Virus record (IMG/VR): IMGVR_UViG_3300012667_000325
Span: 1-57,931 of that record
Reading direction: 5' to 3' (one strand)
Source: a virus
Lineage: Duplodnaviria; Caudoviricetes
Length of the DNA: 57,931 bases
Under the pieces are notes generated by a model. That model worked only from the letters and a program-made list of their open reading frames with translations, was not told where the DNA came from and ran no database searches. Made by a program: the position numbers and the translations under genes. Shown one piece after another: positions 1-10,407 of the stretch (positions are counted from its first letter, which is position 1; the number at the start of each line of letters is the position of its first letter).

Positions 1-55
1 AGTGAAGCATAATGACGACATACACCAACGTATTTGGTGGCGCTAACATCTACCC
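1..55. repeat. Terminal 55-bp exact direct repeat (copy 1); circular-assembly overlap
   Basis: Bases 1-55 are identical to 57877-57931. The ORF ending at 57888 overlaps the ATG that corresponds to position 12. Confidence 0.97.
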
Positions 56-1211
56 GAGTGAGATCAGCTACAGCGCGCTCACCCTGACGGCAGACGTTGT
101 GCTCAGCTGGCCAGAGGAAACGTCTACTAACACCAACCTCGCCACTCGCATCATCGACGTTACCGCCGCTGTAGCCGACTGGAGCATCTTCCTTCCTGAT
201 GCGCGCAAGGGCGGTGACGGTCAGACTATCTTGTTCACCAACTACGGTGCGACTCAAGTGCTGGTTAAGTCTGCTACCGGCGTTCAACTCGTTGCGATGG
301 CTGCCGGCACGAGCTGGCAAATCTACCTGACCAACAACACAACCGAGTCGGGTAGCTGGCGCGCGTTTCAGTACGGCGCGGCTACTTCTGCGGCTAACGC
401 CTCGGCCCTCGCAGGAACCGGCCTCATCGCTATCGGTTCTGTGTTGTCTCAAAACATGCCGGCCACCGACTTCAACAGCGACTACTCCGCCGGTGACACC
501 GATCGTTCTAGGTTCTTCGTGTGGGGTGGTGCGGGCGGTACGCTTGAGTTACCCTCACCTACACTGCTAGGTAACGGTTGGTTCATCAACCTGAGCAACC
601 AAGGCTCGGGTTCGCTCTCAGTCGACCCTGCCGGTTCGGTGACCATTGACGGCCTTTCCGCTAAGACCTACAATCCTGGCGAATCGTCCATGATTGTGAC
701 TGACGGCGTGAACTACTACTCAATCGGCTACGGTAAGGACGCTGTGTTCGCGTTCGACTACACCTCGATTGACGTGGCAGGTACGGGTGTTTACACCCTC
801 ACCGGCTCTGAGTTGAACCGCATCGCCTACAGCTTGACCGGCACACTCACAGGTAACCGACAAATAGTCGTACCTGCAACAGTGCAACAATACTGGATCA
901 CCAACTCCACAACAGGCGCTTACACGCTGACCGTCAAGACCTCTAGTGGCTCCGGCTACACTATTGATCAAGGTCAGAGCGCGATCTTGTATTGTAACGG
1001 TACAAACGTGGTTCCGGCTGACACTGCTGGCGTCTCTGTACCAATCAGTGTTGCTAACGGCGGAACCGGCGCAACCACGGCCTCGGGCGCTCGAATCAAC
1101 CTCGGTGCCACCTCCGTAGGTATCGCCCTGTTCACGGCGGCTGACACCGATTCAGTGTGGACTACGCTGGGTGTGGCACCAGCGGGTGTTGTTGACGGCG
1201 GGGTGTTCTAA
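12..1211 (+). CDS. Virion tail/structural protein
   Basis: 399 aa, rich in T/S/G and likely beta-rich. Has a C-terminal NGGTGATTASGAR fibre motif and lies between the tail adaptor and tail tube genes. Confidence 0.65.
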   Translation: MTTYTNVFGGANIYPSEISYSALTLTADVVLSWPEETSTNTNLATRIIDVTAAVADWSIFLPDARKGGDGQTILFTNYGATQVLVKSATGVQLVAMAAGTSWQIYLTNNTTESGSWRAFQYGAATSAANASALAGTGLIAIGSVLSQNMPATDFNSDYSAGDTDRSRFFVWGGAGGTLELPSPTLLGNGWFINLSNQGSGSLSVDPAGSVTIDGLSAKTYNPGESSMIVTDGVNYYSIGYGKDAVFAFDYTSIDVAGTGVYTLTGSELNRIAYSLTGTLTGNRQIVVPATVQQYWITNSTTGAYTLTVKTSSGSGYTIDQGQSAILYCNGTNVVPADTAGVSVPISVANGGTGATTASGARINLGATSVGIALFTAADTDSVWTTLGVAPAGVVDGGVF

Positions 1212-2756
1212 ATGCCCTCACCCACCACCATACTCCGTTCGCTTCCTGGTATCAAACGGGACGGCACTAAGTTCGAAGGCGACAACTACGTCGACGGCAG
1301 GTGGGTGCGTTTTCAGCGCGGGTTGCCCCGTAAGATGGGCGGCTATCGCTCGATTGTGAAAACCCTGAGCGAGATCTCTCGCGGGTTTACCAACTTCGTG
1401 CAGCAGACTCTGGTTTATTGTCATTCTGGTTCCGCCACGTTGTTACAGCGTTTCACACTTGACGCCAACAAAAACGCTTCAATCATCTCTGACCGCACCC
1501 CGTCAACATTGACGGATTCAGACCAGAACAAGTGGATGTTCGACTACATGTACGACTCATCCACAACTGACAACAACATCATTGCGCACGTTGCCCCTAA
1601 CGGCCAGTGTATCTGCAATGACCAAGGCGGGCAGATCTTTTACGGCCCCGTGACCGGAACCGGCGCGTTGACCGAGATCACCCTACCTGCGGGCGCTAAC
1701 GCCACGGGCGGTATTGTCGTGTTGCACCCGTACCTCGTGTACTACGGTACTGCTGGTATCGTGGGTTGGTCAATCCCAGGAGACCCTGCCGACTTGTCCG
1801 GCTCAGGCTCAGGCATTGCCCGCGCTTGGGGTCAGAAGATTGTAAAAGGTCTACCGCTCCGCGCCGGTTCAGGCTCGGCCCCCGCCGGTGTGTTGTGGGC
1901 TTATGACGCTGTCATCCGTATGACCTTCACCGGCGGCTCTACCGTGTTCGCCTTTGACACCATCGCCACTAACACCTCAATCATGTCCGCAGACGGCGTG
2001 ACCGATTACGACGGTGTGTTCTACTGGGCGGGTGTTGACCGCTTCCTCATGTTTAACGGCGTAGTGCGTGAGGTGCCTAACCAACTGAACCTGAACTGGT
2101 TCTTTGATGGTTTGAACGACCAACAGCGCAGTAAGGTTTACGCCTACAACACGCCGCGCTACGGTGAGATCTGGTGGGCTTACCCCCGTGGTGACGCTAC
2201 CGAGTGCACTCATGCGGTGGTCTACAACGTGCGTGAGAACACTTGGTACGACACCGTCTTGCCGTCTTCAGGTCGTGTTGCTGCTAGCTACTGTAACGCC
2301 TACGCCGCGCCTATCCTACCAGGAGACAGCGAACTCGGCACCGACTACAAGGTCTGGATCCATGAACAGGGTACGGATGAGATCGACGGGCAGAACCTGT
2401 TCCCGATTGAGTCTTACTTTGAGACCTGTGATTTGTCCTCAATGGCCGCCAAGGGGGTTAACTCCTACCTGCGCATTTCAGCTATCGAGCCCGACTTTGT
2501 GCAGTCCGGTGACATGACCGTTCAGGTTACGGGCCGCGCTAACGCTCGCGCTCCTGAGGTCTACAGCTCAGAGTTCACGATTCTAGACCCTAGCAACGTG
2601 ACTCATCCTTATGAACAAATCACCATGCTCAAAGAGCAACGCCGTGAGTTGCGTGTGAAGTTCAAGTCTTACTGCGTGGGTGGTGATTACCAGATGGGTC
2701 AAATCATTGGTCACATGGAAGATGGGGCCAAAACAGACAAGACGGTGCTCGGATGA
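1212..2756 (+). CDS. Tail tubular protein B / nozzle (P22 gp10-like stabilization protein)
   Basis: 514 aa with a PGIKRDGT...WVRFQRGLPRKMGG N-terminus and propeller-like repeats (EIWWAYP, VYNVRENTWY). Position fits a podovirus tail module. Confidence 0.7.
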   Translation: MPSPTTILRSLPGIKRDGTKFEGDNYVDGRWVRFQRGLPRKMGGYRSIVKTLSEISRGFTNFVQQTLVYCHSGSATLLQRFTLDANKNASIISDRTPSTLTDSDQNKWMFDYMYDSSTTDNNIIAHVAPNGQCICNDQGGQIFYGPVTGTGALTEITLPAGANATGGIVVLHPYLVYYGTAGIVGWSIPGDPADLSGSGSGIARAWGQKIVKGLPLRAGSGSAPAGVLWAYDAVIRMTFTGGSTVFAFDTIATNTSIMSADGVTDYDGVFYWAGVDRFLMFNGVVREVPNQLNLNWFFDGLNDQQRSKVYAYNTPRYGEIWWAYPRGDATECTHAVVYNVRENTWYDTVLPSSGRVAASYCNAYAAPILPGDSELGTDYKVWIHEQGTDEIDGQNLFPIESYFETCDLSSMAAKGVNSYLRISAIEPDFVQSGDMTVQVTGRANARAPEVYSSEFTILDPSNVTHPYEQITMLKEQRRELRVKFKSYCVGGDYQMGQIIGHMEDGAKTDKTVLG

Positions 2757-2980
2757 TCGTCACCCTGCCAACCAACCTCGAACTCACCGACTGGGCAAAT
2801 CAGGTCATTTTGGACCTCGACCCCTACGGCGCGTTCGGGCGGTTGCAGGACGAAGCCTACTGGCAAGACTGGGCCGTGCAGTTCCTCAACAATACGACAA
2901 TCGGGCGTAACCCGCCAATACCTTACGGGTATGACGACTGGCGTGAGTGGGCAGAGCGTTTCTGCCAGAGTTTGAGCTGA
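2753..2980 (+). CDS. Small Trp-rich hypothetical virion protein
   Basis: 75 aa with overlapping start/stop junctions on both sides. Confidence 0.65.
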   Translation: MIVTLPTNLELTDWANQVILDLDPYGAFGRLQDEAYWQDWAVQFLNNTTIGRNPPIPYGYDDWREWAERFCQSLS

Positions 2981-3420
2981 TGCGGTACATAGGTTTTGAG
3001 CGTGAAGTTGAGGCCGTGGAATGGGCCAAGAAGATCCTCGGTATCGAGGGTGTAACTGGGTTTGCGAGGGCGGTCTCGGCGGTTGATGAGAATGACAACT
3101 TTGTGTTTGTCATCGTGTTGTCAAACTTCAGTGCGCTGGGGGTGGACATGCACACCGCAGCTATTCCTGGAGCGAGCTGGGCTCGCCCTAGGGAGATAGT
3201 CAAGATGTTTAACGAACTGTTTGAATTTGTGTTTGAGCGGTTGAAGTTACAGCGAGTCACAGGGCTTGTGCGTTCAAAGAATACGGCTGCTCGCCGGTTC
3301 GATGAACACATCGGTTTCGAGCTCGAAGGGGTCATGCGCAGGGCATTCATTGATGATGACCTTTGCGTTTATGGGTTTTTAAGGGAAAATTTTGAGTCAC
3401 ACAAGTGGCGAAGGAAGTAA
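2980..3420 (+). CDS. GNAT-fold acetyltransferase-like virion assembly protein
   Basis: C-terminal RVTGLVRSKNTAARRFDEHIGFELEG is a RimJ/RimL-type GNAT motif. ATG 2980 overlaps the upstream TGA. Sits between tail tube and ejection genes. Confidence 0.7.
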   Translation: MRYIGFEREVEAVEWAKKILGIEGVTGFARAVSAVDENDNFVFVIVLSNFSALGVDMHTAAIPGASWARPREIVKMFNELFEFVFERLKLQRVTGLVRSKNTAARRFDEHIGFELEGVMRRAFIDDDLCVYGFLRENFESHKWRRK

Positions 3421-3422
3421 AG

Positions 3423-5270
3423 ATGGATCGTCAACAAATCATGCAAATCGCCAGCCAGAACCCTCAAGTTCAGCAGGCAGTCGAGATGGCCAAACAAGAG
3501 GTCGCTCAAATGGATCTCAACCCCCAGATGATTGATGAAATCATTCAGGTGCTTGAGCACGTGATGGATAGCCCTCAGGACTACCAAGCCGTTCGCGCAG
3601 CGGCTATCCGTGACGGATTTGTTGAAGAAGGCGACTTGCCTGCTGAGTTCGACCCCATCGTCATCGCTTCTTTGCTCATCGTATTCTACGGCTTGAAAGA
3701 CCAAGCCGGTCAACAGCAGCAAGCTATGTTTGCGCGTGGCGGTCTTGCTCAAATGGCCGCTCACGGTCGCGGCGGTGACACAATGTTGGCCCACATCAAC
3801 CCTATGGAAGCCGAAATGCTCCGTCGAATGGGTGGCTCGGGCACTATCAACCCTAACACCGGCCTGCGCGAGTTTAAGGGTGGTGGCTTGATGAAGATCG
3901 TCAAAACCGTAGCCCCTATCGCCCTCGCTATCGCTGCTCCTGGCCTCGGTATGGCGATGTCTGCCGCGCTCGGTGCCGGTATCGGCGCTCTGGGCGGCGG
4001 TGGTTTGAAAGGCGCGCTCATCGGCGGTACTTTAGGCGGCTTAGGCGCAGGCTTAGGCGGCGCTCTGGGTGGCACGGTTAGCAACGCGACCGGTATGGGT
4101 CTGGGCGCTACGGGTTCTAACATCCTAGGTAGCTCTTTGATCGGTGGCACCGTGGGTCAAGCTACGGGGCAGGGCTTCGGTAAAGGGGCGCTCATGGGTG
4201 CCGCAGGCGGCGCTGCTGGTAGCGCTATCGGCGGTATGGCCGGTACTGGTAGTAGCGCGCTCAACGCCGGTATCCGCGCAGGCGGTACAACCGCAGGTAA
4301 CCTGTTGACCGTCGGTGCTGACGCTAAGACGGCCCTCAAAGGTGGCGCTCTCGCAGGTTTGATGGCGGGTTCTTACCAAGGCTATCAAAACGCTACAAAA
4401 CCCTCTGCAACCGTGACTGACGGCTTGGGTTTGAAGCAACAACCTACTAACACCGGCGAGTTTGGTTCTAAGACCCAGCTCGACCCCAACAGTGTTTCCG
4501 AGGGCGGTTTAAACAAATACGACATCACCGGCAAACCTACATCTCTCAACCCTGACATGACGGTTGACTACAGCTTGAAGACGCAGCCGACTCCGAGCCC
4601 GTTAGAGGTTGCTGCCGCTAACAACATGGATCAGCTCTACACCCCACCGGCAGACTTGTCTACCAAGTTGGGTCTAGACACCACCAACGTCGGTATGAAC
4701 TCAGCCACCGGTTACGGCGGTCTGGCTCTGGCCGGTCTGGGCGCAGCGGCTATGCCTGCTGAAACCCCTGCCGAAGCTCAGAAAGCTATCGAGTCCATGA
4801 GCCCGTCTCAGAAGGAATACTTCAACCGTCCTACCGTTGTGTGGGACTGGGACAAGATGATGGCGGATGCCTCGTCTCAAGGTCAAGACCTAGGCACCTT
4901 CATGGCTAACAACTGGAGCGCGGTCTCTGGCGGTCAGTACAACAAGCAAATCGGCACTCAACAAGCCGAAGTGGCTGCTGCTCGCGGCGGCTACATCACC
5001 CATCGCGCTCGCGGCGGCGCTTTGAACGCCCTCGCCCACGGCGGCGGTTCAGGTCGCGCAGACACGATCCATGCTAAGTTGTCAGACGGCGAGTACGTCA
5101 TCGACGCTGAGACCGTAGCCCTGCTGGGTGACGGTTCTACAAAGGAAGGCGCTAAGCGTCTTGACGAAATGCGCAAGAAACTGCGTATGCAAAAAGGCAA
5201 AACACTCGCTAAAGGCGGTTTTAGCCCTGCGGCTAAGTCACCCTTGGCCTATCTGAAGGGAGCAGCATAA
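3423..5270 (+). CDS. Internal virion / DNA ejection protein, Gly-rich
   Basis: Contains a GRGGDTMLAHINP motif, long Gly/Ala hydrophobic stretches and a C-terminal GSGRADTIHAKLSDGEYVIDA module. Confidence 0.65.
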   Translation: MDRQQIMQIASQNPQVQQAVEMAKQEVAQMDLNPQMIDEIIQVLEHVMDSPQDYQAVRAAAIRDGFVEEGDLPAEFDPIVIASLLIVFYGLKDQAGQQQQAMFARGGLAQMAAHGRGGDTMLAHINPMEAEMLRRMGGSGTINPNTGLREFKGGGLMKIVKTVAPIALAIAAPGLGMAMSAALGAGIGALGGGGLKGALIGGTLGGLGAGLGGALGGTVSNATGMGLGATGSNILGSSLIGGTVGQATGQGFGKGALMGAAGGAAGSAIGGMAGTGSSALNAGIRAGGTTAGNLLTVGADAKTALKGGALAGLMAGSYQGYQNATKPSATVTDGLGLKQQPTNTGEFGSKTQLDPNSVSEGGLNKYDITGKPTSLNPDMTVDYSLKTQPTPSPLEVAAANNMDQLYTPPADLSTKLGLDTTNVGMNSATGYGGLALAGLGAAAMPAETPAEAQKAIESMSPSQKEYFNRPTVVWDWDKMMADASSQGQDLGTFMANNWSAVSGGQYNKQIGTQQAEVAAARGGYITHRARGGALNALAHGGGSGRADTIHAKLSDGEYVIDAETVALLGDGSTKEGAKRLDEMRKKLRMQKGKTLAKGGFSPAAKSPLAYLKGAA

Positions 5271-6154
5271 TGGCTGGTATTTTCACAGGCACCCCGCAGA
5301 CGGCAACGTCTTACACCACCTCATCCACCGAGACACCAAAGTGGATGCAGGATGCGATCTACACGCAGGTTCAACTTGCGTCTAACCTTGCTGCTCAACC
5401 TTACCAAGCCTACACCGGTAACTTAGTTGCCGGCCAGACCCCACAACAAAAGCAAGCCTATGACATGGTTAGCCAGAACGTGGGTAAGTGGGAGCAACCT
5501 TACCAGCAAGCCACCTCAGGTACTCAGGCTCTGACCACGGCCACCGCGCCTCAGAACATCGACGCCTACATGAACCCGTACACGGCTAACGTGACGGATA
5601 GAATCGCCCAGCTCGGCGCTCGCAACCTCAGCGAGAACCTGCTGCCAGGAGTCTCAGATGCGTTCATCAAAGCCGGTTCGTTCGGCGGCACACGTATGGG
5701 TGAGTTCGGTAGCCGCGCCCTGCGCGATACTCAAGAGTCTATCTTGGGTCAGCAGGGTCAAGCCTTGCAACAGGGCTACACACAGGCTCTGGGTGTGTCT
5801 CAGGCCGACTTGAACCGTCAACAGTCTGCGCTGCAACAGCTCGCCACCATGACCCAACAAGGTCAACAGATGCGTACAGCGGACACTGCAGCACTCGAGG
5901 CCGCCGGTGTTTCACAACAGCAACTGGCTCAAAAAGAGGCAGACGCCGCTTATCAACAGTACCAAAACGCACAACTCTACCCCCGTCAAATGGCGGACTG
6001 GTTGTCCACTCAGGTGCGCGGTATGGCCCCGATCACACCTACAACAACTACGAATGCGGGTTCAACTACGGGTGCGACTTACAGCGCGTCACCGTTGTCA
6101 CAACTCGCCTCGGCAGGTGCTACGGGTATGGGTATTTACAAACTGGCCCAGTAA
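5270..6154 (+). CDS. Internal virion / DNA transfer (pilot) protein
   Basis: 294 aa, Gln-rich and helical, with YMNPY and GSFGGTR motifs seen in podovirus ejection proteins. Confidence 0.65.
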   Translation: MAGIFTGTPQTATSYTTSSTETPKWMQDAIYTQVQLASNLAAQPYQAYTGNLVAGQTPQQKQAYDMVSQNVGKWEQPYQQATSGTQALTTATAPQNIDAYMNPYTANVTDRIAQLGARNLSENLLPGVSDAFIKAGSFGGTRMGEFGSRALRDTQESILGQQGQALQQGYTQALGVSQADLNRQQSALQQLATMTQQGQQMRTADTAALEAAGVSQQQLAQKEADAAYQQYQNAQLYPRQMADWLSTQVRGMAPITPTTTTNAGSTTGATYSASPLSQLASAGATGMGIYKLAQ

Positions 6155-6163
6155 GGAGTTACG

Positions 6164-7483
6164 ATGCCCGACGAATTTCAAGATTTAGCCAGTCAGTACG
6201 GTATCGGCGGGGTAGAAGAACTCCTCGCCAAATACTATCAAAACCCCGCTGTGCAAGTGGCGGGGCCGGTTGAGAGCATCCCACCTGCGAACACCGCACC
6301 CGCTGCTAGCCGTGTTGCTCCGGTTAAAGTAGACACTATTGACGGTGTTCAAGAGGTCGCACCCGCCCAACAGGGTTCGGTTCCTCCTCAGTTGCTTGAC
6401 ATGTTGAGCAAGTACACTTCCGGTGAGTCTGCTTACGGTGCTGAACTCAAGACCGCGCGCGGCAAGGCTAACGCCGAGACCGAAGCGTTCCAGAAGATGA
6501 TCCAAAGCTCAATCGACGGTTCACCCGCCGACAAAGCCGAGATGTATTTCCGCCTCGCAGCGGCTTTTGGCGCTCCCACTAAGACCGGCGGCTTTGCTGA
6601 GACGCTAGGTAAGGTCGGCGAGACCATGGGTGAGTACACTAAAGGTCAAAGCGCAACTAAGAAGCAACTCCAGCTCGAAGGCCAGAAGCTCAAGATGCAG
6701 GGCGCTAAGGAAGAACTCACCACACTGCGCACTCTTGCCGGCGAGGAGATGAAAGACAAGCGCGCTATCTCAGCCGAGTTGCTCAAAGACTACATCAAGT
6801 CCGGCCAGCCTCAGTCTACGGCGGGTAAACAGGCTCAGGACGAAGGCTTGAAGCCAGGATCACCCGAGTTCCAGAAACGTGTGGCTCAGATCGCCGATAT
6901 GAACGTCGAGAAGCAGATGGCGACCATCAACTCTACGCTCGCAAACATGTCAGTGGCTCAGGCTAACTTAGCCTTGCAGCAACAAAAGTTTGACGAATCT
7001 AAGAAACAAGCTGCTAAACTCAGCCCTGTTGAAGTCAAGCTCAAAACCGAAACCGAAGACATGTTGGCGCAAACTGAGCAGGCGATGTCTAACTTGAAGA
7101 AGGCCTACAAGCTCAACCCCAACACGTTTGACGCTTCGCTGCCTGACATCGCACAACGCAAAGTGCTTGAGGCCGCCGGTTCTAAAGACCCCAAAGTCAT
7201 CAACACTCGTGAGTTGGAAAACACGCTTGAAAAAGCGGCGCTGTCTTCGCTCAAGTCTACGTTCCCAGGAGCTATCTCCAACGACGAACGCAAGGCGTTG
7301 CAAGACGTGCAGGGTTTGGGTGCGAAGAGCATCGAAGAGCGCGGTCGCATCATGAAGAGCGGTTACGCCGCGCTCAAGGCTGTGTCAGAGCGTAGCCGTA
7401 AGCGCCTGAACGAGATCAACCAAGGTCTCTACCGTGATACTTCTCCGTCATCAGCGGAAGATCTTGACGAAGGGAAAAAGTAA
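6164..7483 (+). CDS. Internal virion / ejection protein (coiled-coil)
   Basis: 439 aa, helical, with a TAAGGAG RBS; lies in the ejection-protein cluster. Confidence 0.55.
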   Translation: MPDEFQDLASQYGIGGVEELLAKYYQNPAVQVAGPVESIPPANTAPAASRVAPVKVDTIDGVQEVAPAQQGSVPPQLLDMLSKYTSGESAYGAELKTARGKANAETEAFQKMIQSSIDGSPADKAEMYFRLAAAFGAPTKTGGFAETLGKVGETMGEYTKGQSATKKQLQLEGQKLKMQGAKEELTTLRTLAGEEMKDKRAISAELLKDYIKSGQPQSTAGKQAQDEGLKPGSPEFQKRVAQIADMNVEKQMATINSTLANMSVAQANLALQQQKFDESKKQAAKLSPVEVKLKTETEDMLAQTEQAMSNLKKAYKLNPNTFDASLPDIAQRKVLEAAGSKDPKVINTRELENTLEKAALSSLKSTFPGAISNDERKALQDVQGLGAKSIEERGRIMKSGYAALKAVSERSRKRLNEINQGLYRDTSPSSAEDLDEGKK

Positions 7484-9411
7484 TGGCGAATCCGTTCATT
7501 GGCGGCACCAGGGCCGCTGTTGGTCAAGGTCTCGGTATGGGTTGGGGTGACGAAGCCGAAGCATGGCTCCGCTCCAAACTCGGTAACGAGAGCTATGAAG
7601 ACAACTTGAAGAAAGTCCGTAACGAGTACGCTGAGTTCTCTCAGCAGTACCCTGTGACTTCGGGCACATCTGAGTTCCTAGGTGGTGCGGCTCCTGGAGT
7701 GGCTATGATGATGTACCCGCCGACCCGTCAAGCCGGTGCCCAGCGTGTTCAGAGCGCAGCAGCGGCTACGGCTTCTCGCGTCCCTGCTTGGGCTAAGTTG
7801 GCTGGCGCTGGCGGTGCGACCGGCGCGATTAGTGGCGCGGGTTCCGCTACCGAAGGCGAACGTGGCTCAGGCGCGTTCTCAGGTGGCGTAATGGGTACAA
7901 CCCTAGGCTTGGCTGTGCCGATGGCCGTTCGCGGCACTAAGGGCGCTTCAGGCTGGCTTCGTGAGCGCCTCTTCCCCACTGACGCACTTGTTGAGCGCAA
8001 AGCGGCTGAGAAGATGGCTCAAGCCATGGCTGAAGACAAACTCACCACTGCTCAAATCCAAGCCAAGATGGCTCAGGACAAAGCGATGGGTGTCCCGTCC
8101 GTGGTTGCTAACACCAACCCCGCGCTGGCCGACCTAGCTGAAGCCGTGGCTCAACGCACCGGTTCAGGCGCGCGTAAGATTGAGAAGACCTTGATGGAGC
8201 AGAAGATGGGCGCACGTGAGCGCGCTCACCAGCAAACCGTCAAGGGGCTCAATCCAGGAGACTACTACGACGACCTGACCAAGCTCCAAGAGGAAATGAA
8301 AACCCTCGCAGGCCCAGCGTACCAACAAGCCTACTCGTTCGGAGAAGTGACTGACCCTAAGGTGCTCAAGTATTTGAAGCTGCCTCAGTTCCGTCAGGCT
8401 ATGGGCGAGGCTGAAAAGCTGCTCGCGGCTGAAGGCCGTAAGATGGACATGAGCAAGCCTACGGTTGAGGTGTTAGACCAAGTTAAGCGCGGTCTTGATA
8501 CGCTCATCGAGGGTCAAACTGACGCCGTGACTGGTAAGACGACTTCTTTAGGCCGTGTCTACGTGCAGAAGAAGAATGAGTTCTTGAAAGACCTTGACAA
8601 AGCCGTTCCAGACTACGAACTGGCGCGCGGCATTTACGCCGGTGGCGCTGAACTCTCTGACGCTATGCGTAAGGGTATCAACGAGTTCGGTCGTATGGAT
8701 CATGAGCAGGTCATCAAGCTCGTGTCCGGTATGGGTGAGTCAGAAAAGCATGCGTTCCGCACCGGCGTGGCGCGTGACTTGTATGACAAGATCATGAAGC
8801 CGTCCGGTAACTTCAATGCTGCTCAGCGCCTGATCGGTTCTCCAGAGATGCAAGCCAAGCTGCAGCCGTTGTTTGACAACCCTGCTCAGTTTGAGTTGTT
8901 CAAGAACGCCCTCGAGCGTGAGGCTCAACTGTTTAACCAGTCAAGCAAGATCCTCGGCGGTAGCCCGACCGGTAAGCGTATGCAGATGCGCGAAACCCTT
9001 GAGGACGGCTCGGGTATCGGTGATGCCATGATGGGTGCGGTTACGGGCGGCTGGAAGGCTTCCCTAGCTAACGCCGTGGTGAGCGGCCTGCGTAAAGGTC
9101 AGATGACCGAGAAGACGTCAGCCAAGCTGGCCGACATGCTCATGTCTAAAGACCCGCACGAAGTCGCCGCAGTGGTTAAGATCCTTGACGACCAAGCTGC
9201 AGCCGCTATACCTAAGGCGGTTAAGGCTTCAGCTACAGAAGCTGGCGCTACTACCGGAACCGCTTCAGCTATCTTCCCTTCACCTGAAGGTAAAAAGCCA
9301 GAAGTAAACGTAGAAGCAGACCTCGAAGCTGAAGACAAGACTGCCCCTGAAATACAAGGGCCAGACATTGAGGCAGACCTCGAGGCCGACAGCAAAAAAG
9401 ACGTAAAATAA
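7483..9411 (+). CDS. Large internal virion / ejection protein
   Basis: 642 aa with a GQGLGMGWGDEAEA N-terminus; Ala/Gly-rich and helical. Last gene of the late operon. Confidence 0.6.
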   Translation: MANPFIGGTRAAVGQGLGMGWGDEAEAWLRSKLGNESYEDNLKKVRNEYAEFSQQYPVTSGTSEFLGGAAPGVAMMMYPPTRQAGAQRVQSAAAATASRVPAWAKLAGAGGATGAISGAGSATEGERGSGAFSGGVMGTTLGLAVPMAVRGTKGASGWLRERLFPTDALVERKAAEKMAQAMAEDKLTTAQIQAKMAQDKAMGVPSVVANTNPALADLAEAVAQRTGSGARKIEKTLMEQKMGARERAHQQTVKGLNPGDYYDDLTKLQEEMKTLAGPAYQQAYSFGEVTDPKVLKYLKLPQFRQAMGEAEKLLAAEGRKMDMSKPTVEVLDQVKRGLDTLIEGQTDAVTGKTTSLGRVYVQKKNEFLKDLDKAVPDYELARGIYAGGAELSDAMRKGINEFGRMDHEQVIKLVSGMGESEKHAFRTGVARDLYDKIMKPSGNFNAAQRLIGSPEMQAKLQPLFDNPAQFELFKNALEREAQLFNQSSKILGGSPTGKRMQMRETLEDGSGIGDAMMGAVTGGWKASLANAVVSGLRKGQMTEKTSAKLADMLMSKDPHEVAAVVKILDDQAAAAIPKAVKASATEAGATTGTASAIFPSPEGKKPEVNVEADLEAEDKTAPEIQGPDIEADLEADSKKDVK

Positions 9412-9431
9412 CCCCTACACTTTTGCAGGTG

Positions 9432-9627
9432 TCATTTTACAGCCCCGCCTTGTGCGGGGTTTTCTTTTTCCATCATCACACGGTTGCGTAGCCGTAGGAT
9501 GATGCGGATGTGCTCGGCGGCCTTGGGTTGGTTTTCCCGTTCGGCCTGAGCAATAGCGGCCTGTAGCTCCTCCTGAGTCTTACCCCAGTGGAGCCCTGAG
9601 CCTAACAGACGGCGTATGTAACCCCAT
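9432..9627 (-). CDS. Hypothetical protein
   Basis: Short ORF at the end of the leftward arm; start uncertain. Confidence 0.45.
9442..9469 (+). terminator. Rho-independent terminator of the late operon
   Basis: GCCCCGC-CTTGT-GCGGGGT hairpin followed by TTTCTTTTT, where the two transcription arms converge. Confidence 0.75.
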
Positions 9628-9631
9628 GGCA

Positions 9632-10054
9632 TTAGAGCTTGCCGGTGAGGGCTTCGCGCCAGCCTTGGTTCACCGCCTCGGCGCTGAGTCGCAGGTTGAG
9701 GTCAACAATCGCGTCAAGCGCCTTGTCAAGCGAGACCAGATTGTCACGGTCAAACGAGTCAGATTTGACCATCTGCTCGCAGGCCGAAGCCCCGCCTCGA
9801 GCTATGCGCGTCAGCAGGTGATCCTTACCCACCTTGCGGTCTAGCTCGGCTGCTCGGATCATAGCCGAAAGGGTCAGGCCGATACCCGCGCAAAAGTCAG
9901 CGCAGGGTTCGCCGTCTTCAGTCAGGTAGAGCTTGATCTTCTGGTCAACTATGTCAGAGCGCAAGCCTTTCTGTGCGAAGGCGCGCGCTACGGGGTTCTT
10001 AGCAGTTTGCATGCTAACTCGACGAGGTTGTGCTACTCCCATGCCGTTCACCAC
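9632..10054 (-). CDS. Hypothetical protein
   Basis: About 140 aa ORF in the leftward operon; start uncertain. Confidence 0.6.
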   Translation of the reverse strand: MVNGMGVAQPRRVSMQTAKNPVARAFAQKGLRSDIVDQKIKLYLTEDGEPCADFCAGIGLTLSAMIRAAELDRKVGKDHLLTRIARGGASACEQMVKSDSFDRDNLVSLDKALDAIVDLNLRLSAEAVNQGWREALTGKL

Positions 10055-10290
10055 TTAGGGGCGCAGGTGACCTCGATCACGGTCTCGGCGGTGTAGCCGT
10101 TGATCTTACGCTTGCCGTAGATCATCACGGCGCGCAGGCCGTTCGTCTCACACTCACGCACCGCGACGATTGTTTCGTTTCGGCTCATCGGCTGGAGCTC
10201 TTTGTCCATCACCAAGCGTTGATGATTTGACGTTGTCGACGAGCAGCCAACCATGCTCAATAATAACACTAGGGTTGCTAATTTCTTCAT
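10048..10290 (-). CDS. Putative lipoprotein
   Basis: MKKLATLVLLLSMVGC signal peptide with lipobox; AGGAG RBS upstream. Confidence 0.65.
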   Translation of the reverse strand: MKKLATLVLLLSMVGCSSTTSNHQRLVMDKELQPMSRNETIVAVRECETNGLRAVMIYGKRKINGYTAETVIEVTCAPKW

Positions 10291-10407
10291 GATGATTCTC
10301 CTGTTTGTAGGCTTCAATTGCTTTGAGCGCATATTCGCGCATGTGTTTCTGGGTGTACCCCCGTGAGTCCAACAAGGTCACACGGTTGGGCAGGTGAGGT
10401 AGCTTGA

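Noticed and set aside
1-55. Biological direct terminal repeat
   Set aside because: It spans a gene junction and its length equals a common assembler k-mer, so an assembly overlap is more likely.
1050-1145. Duplication shared with 48630-48730 (NGGTGATTASGAR.NLG)
   Set aside because: This is a common tail-fibre motif, and the synonymous positions have diverged, so it is not a recent repeat.
2980-3420. GNAT acting as a DNA-modification acetyltransferase
   Set aside because: It is far from the cluster, on the opposite strand, and in the slot where podoviruses commonly carry a GNAT-fold virion assembly gene. Not fully excluded.
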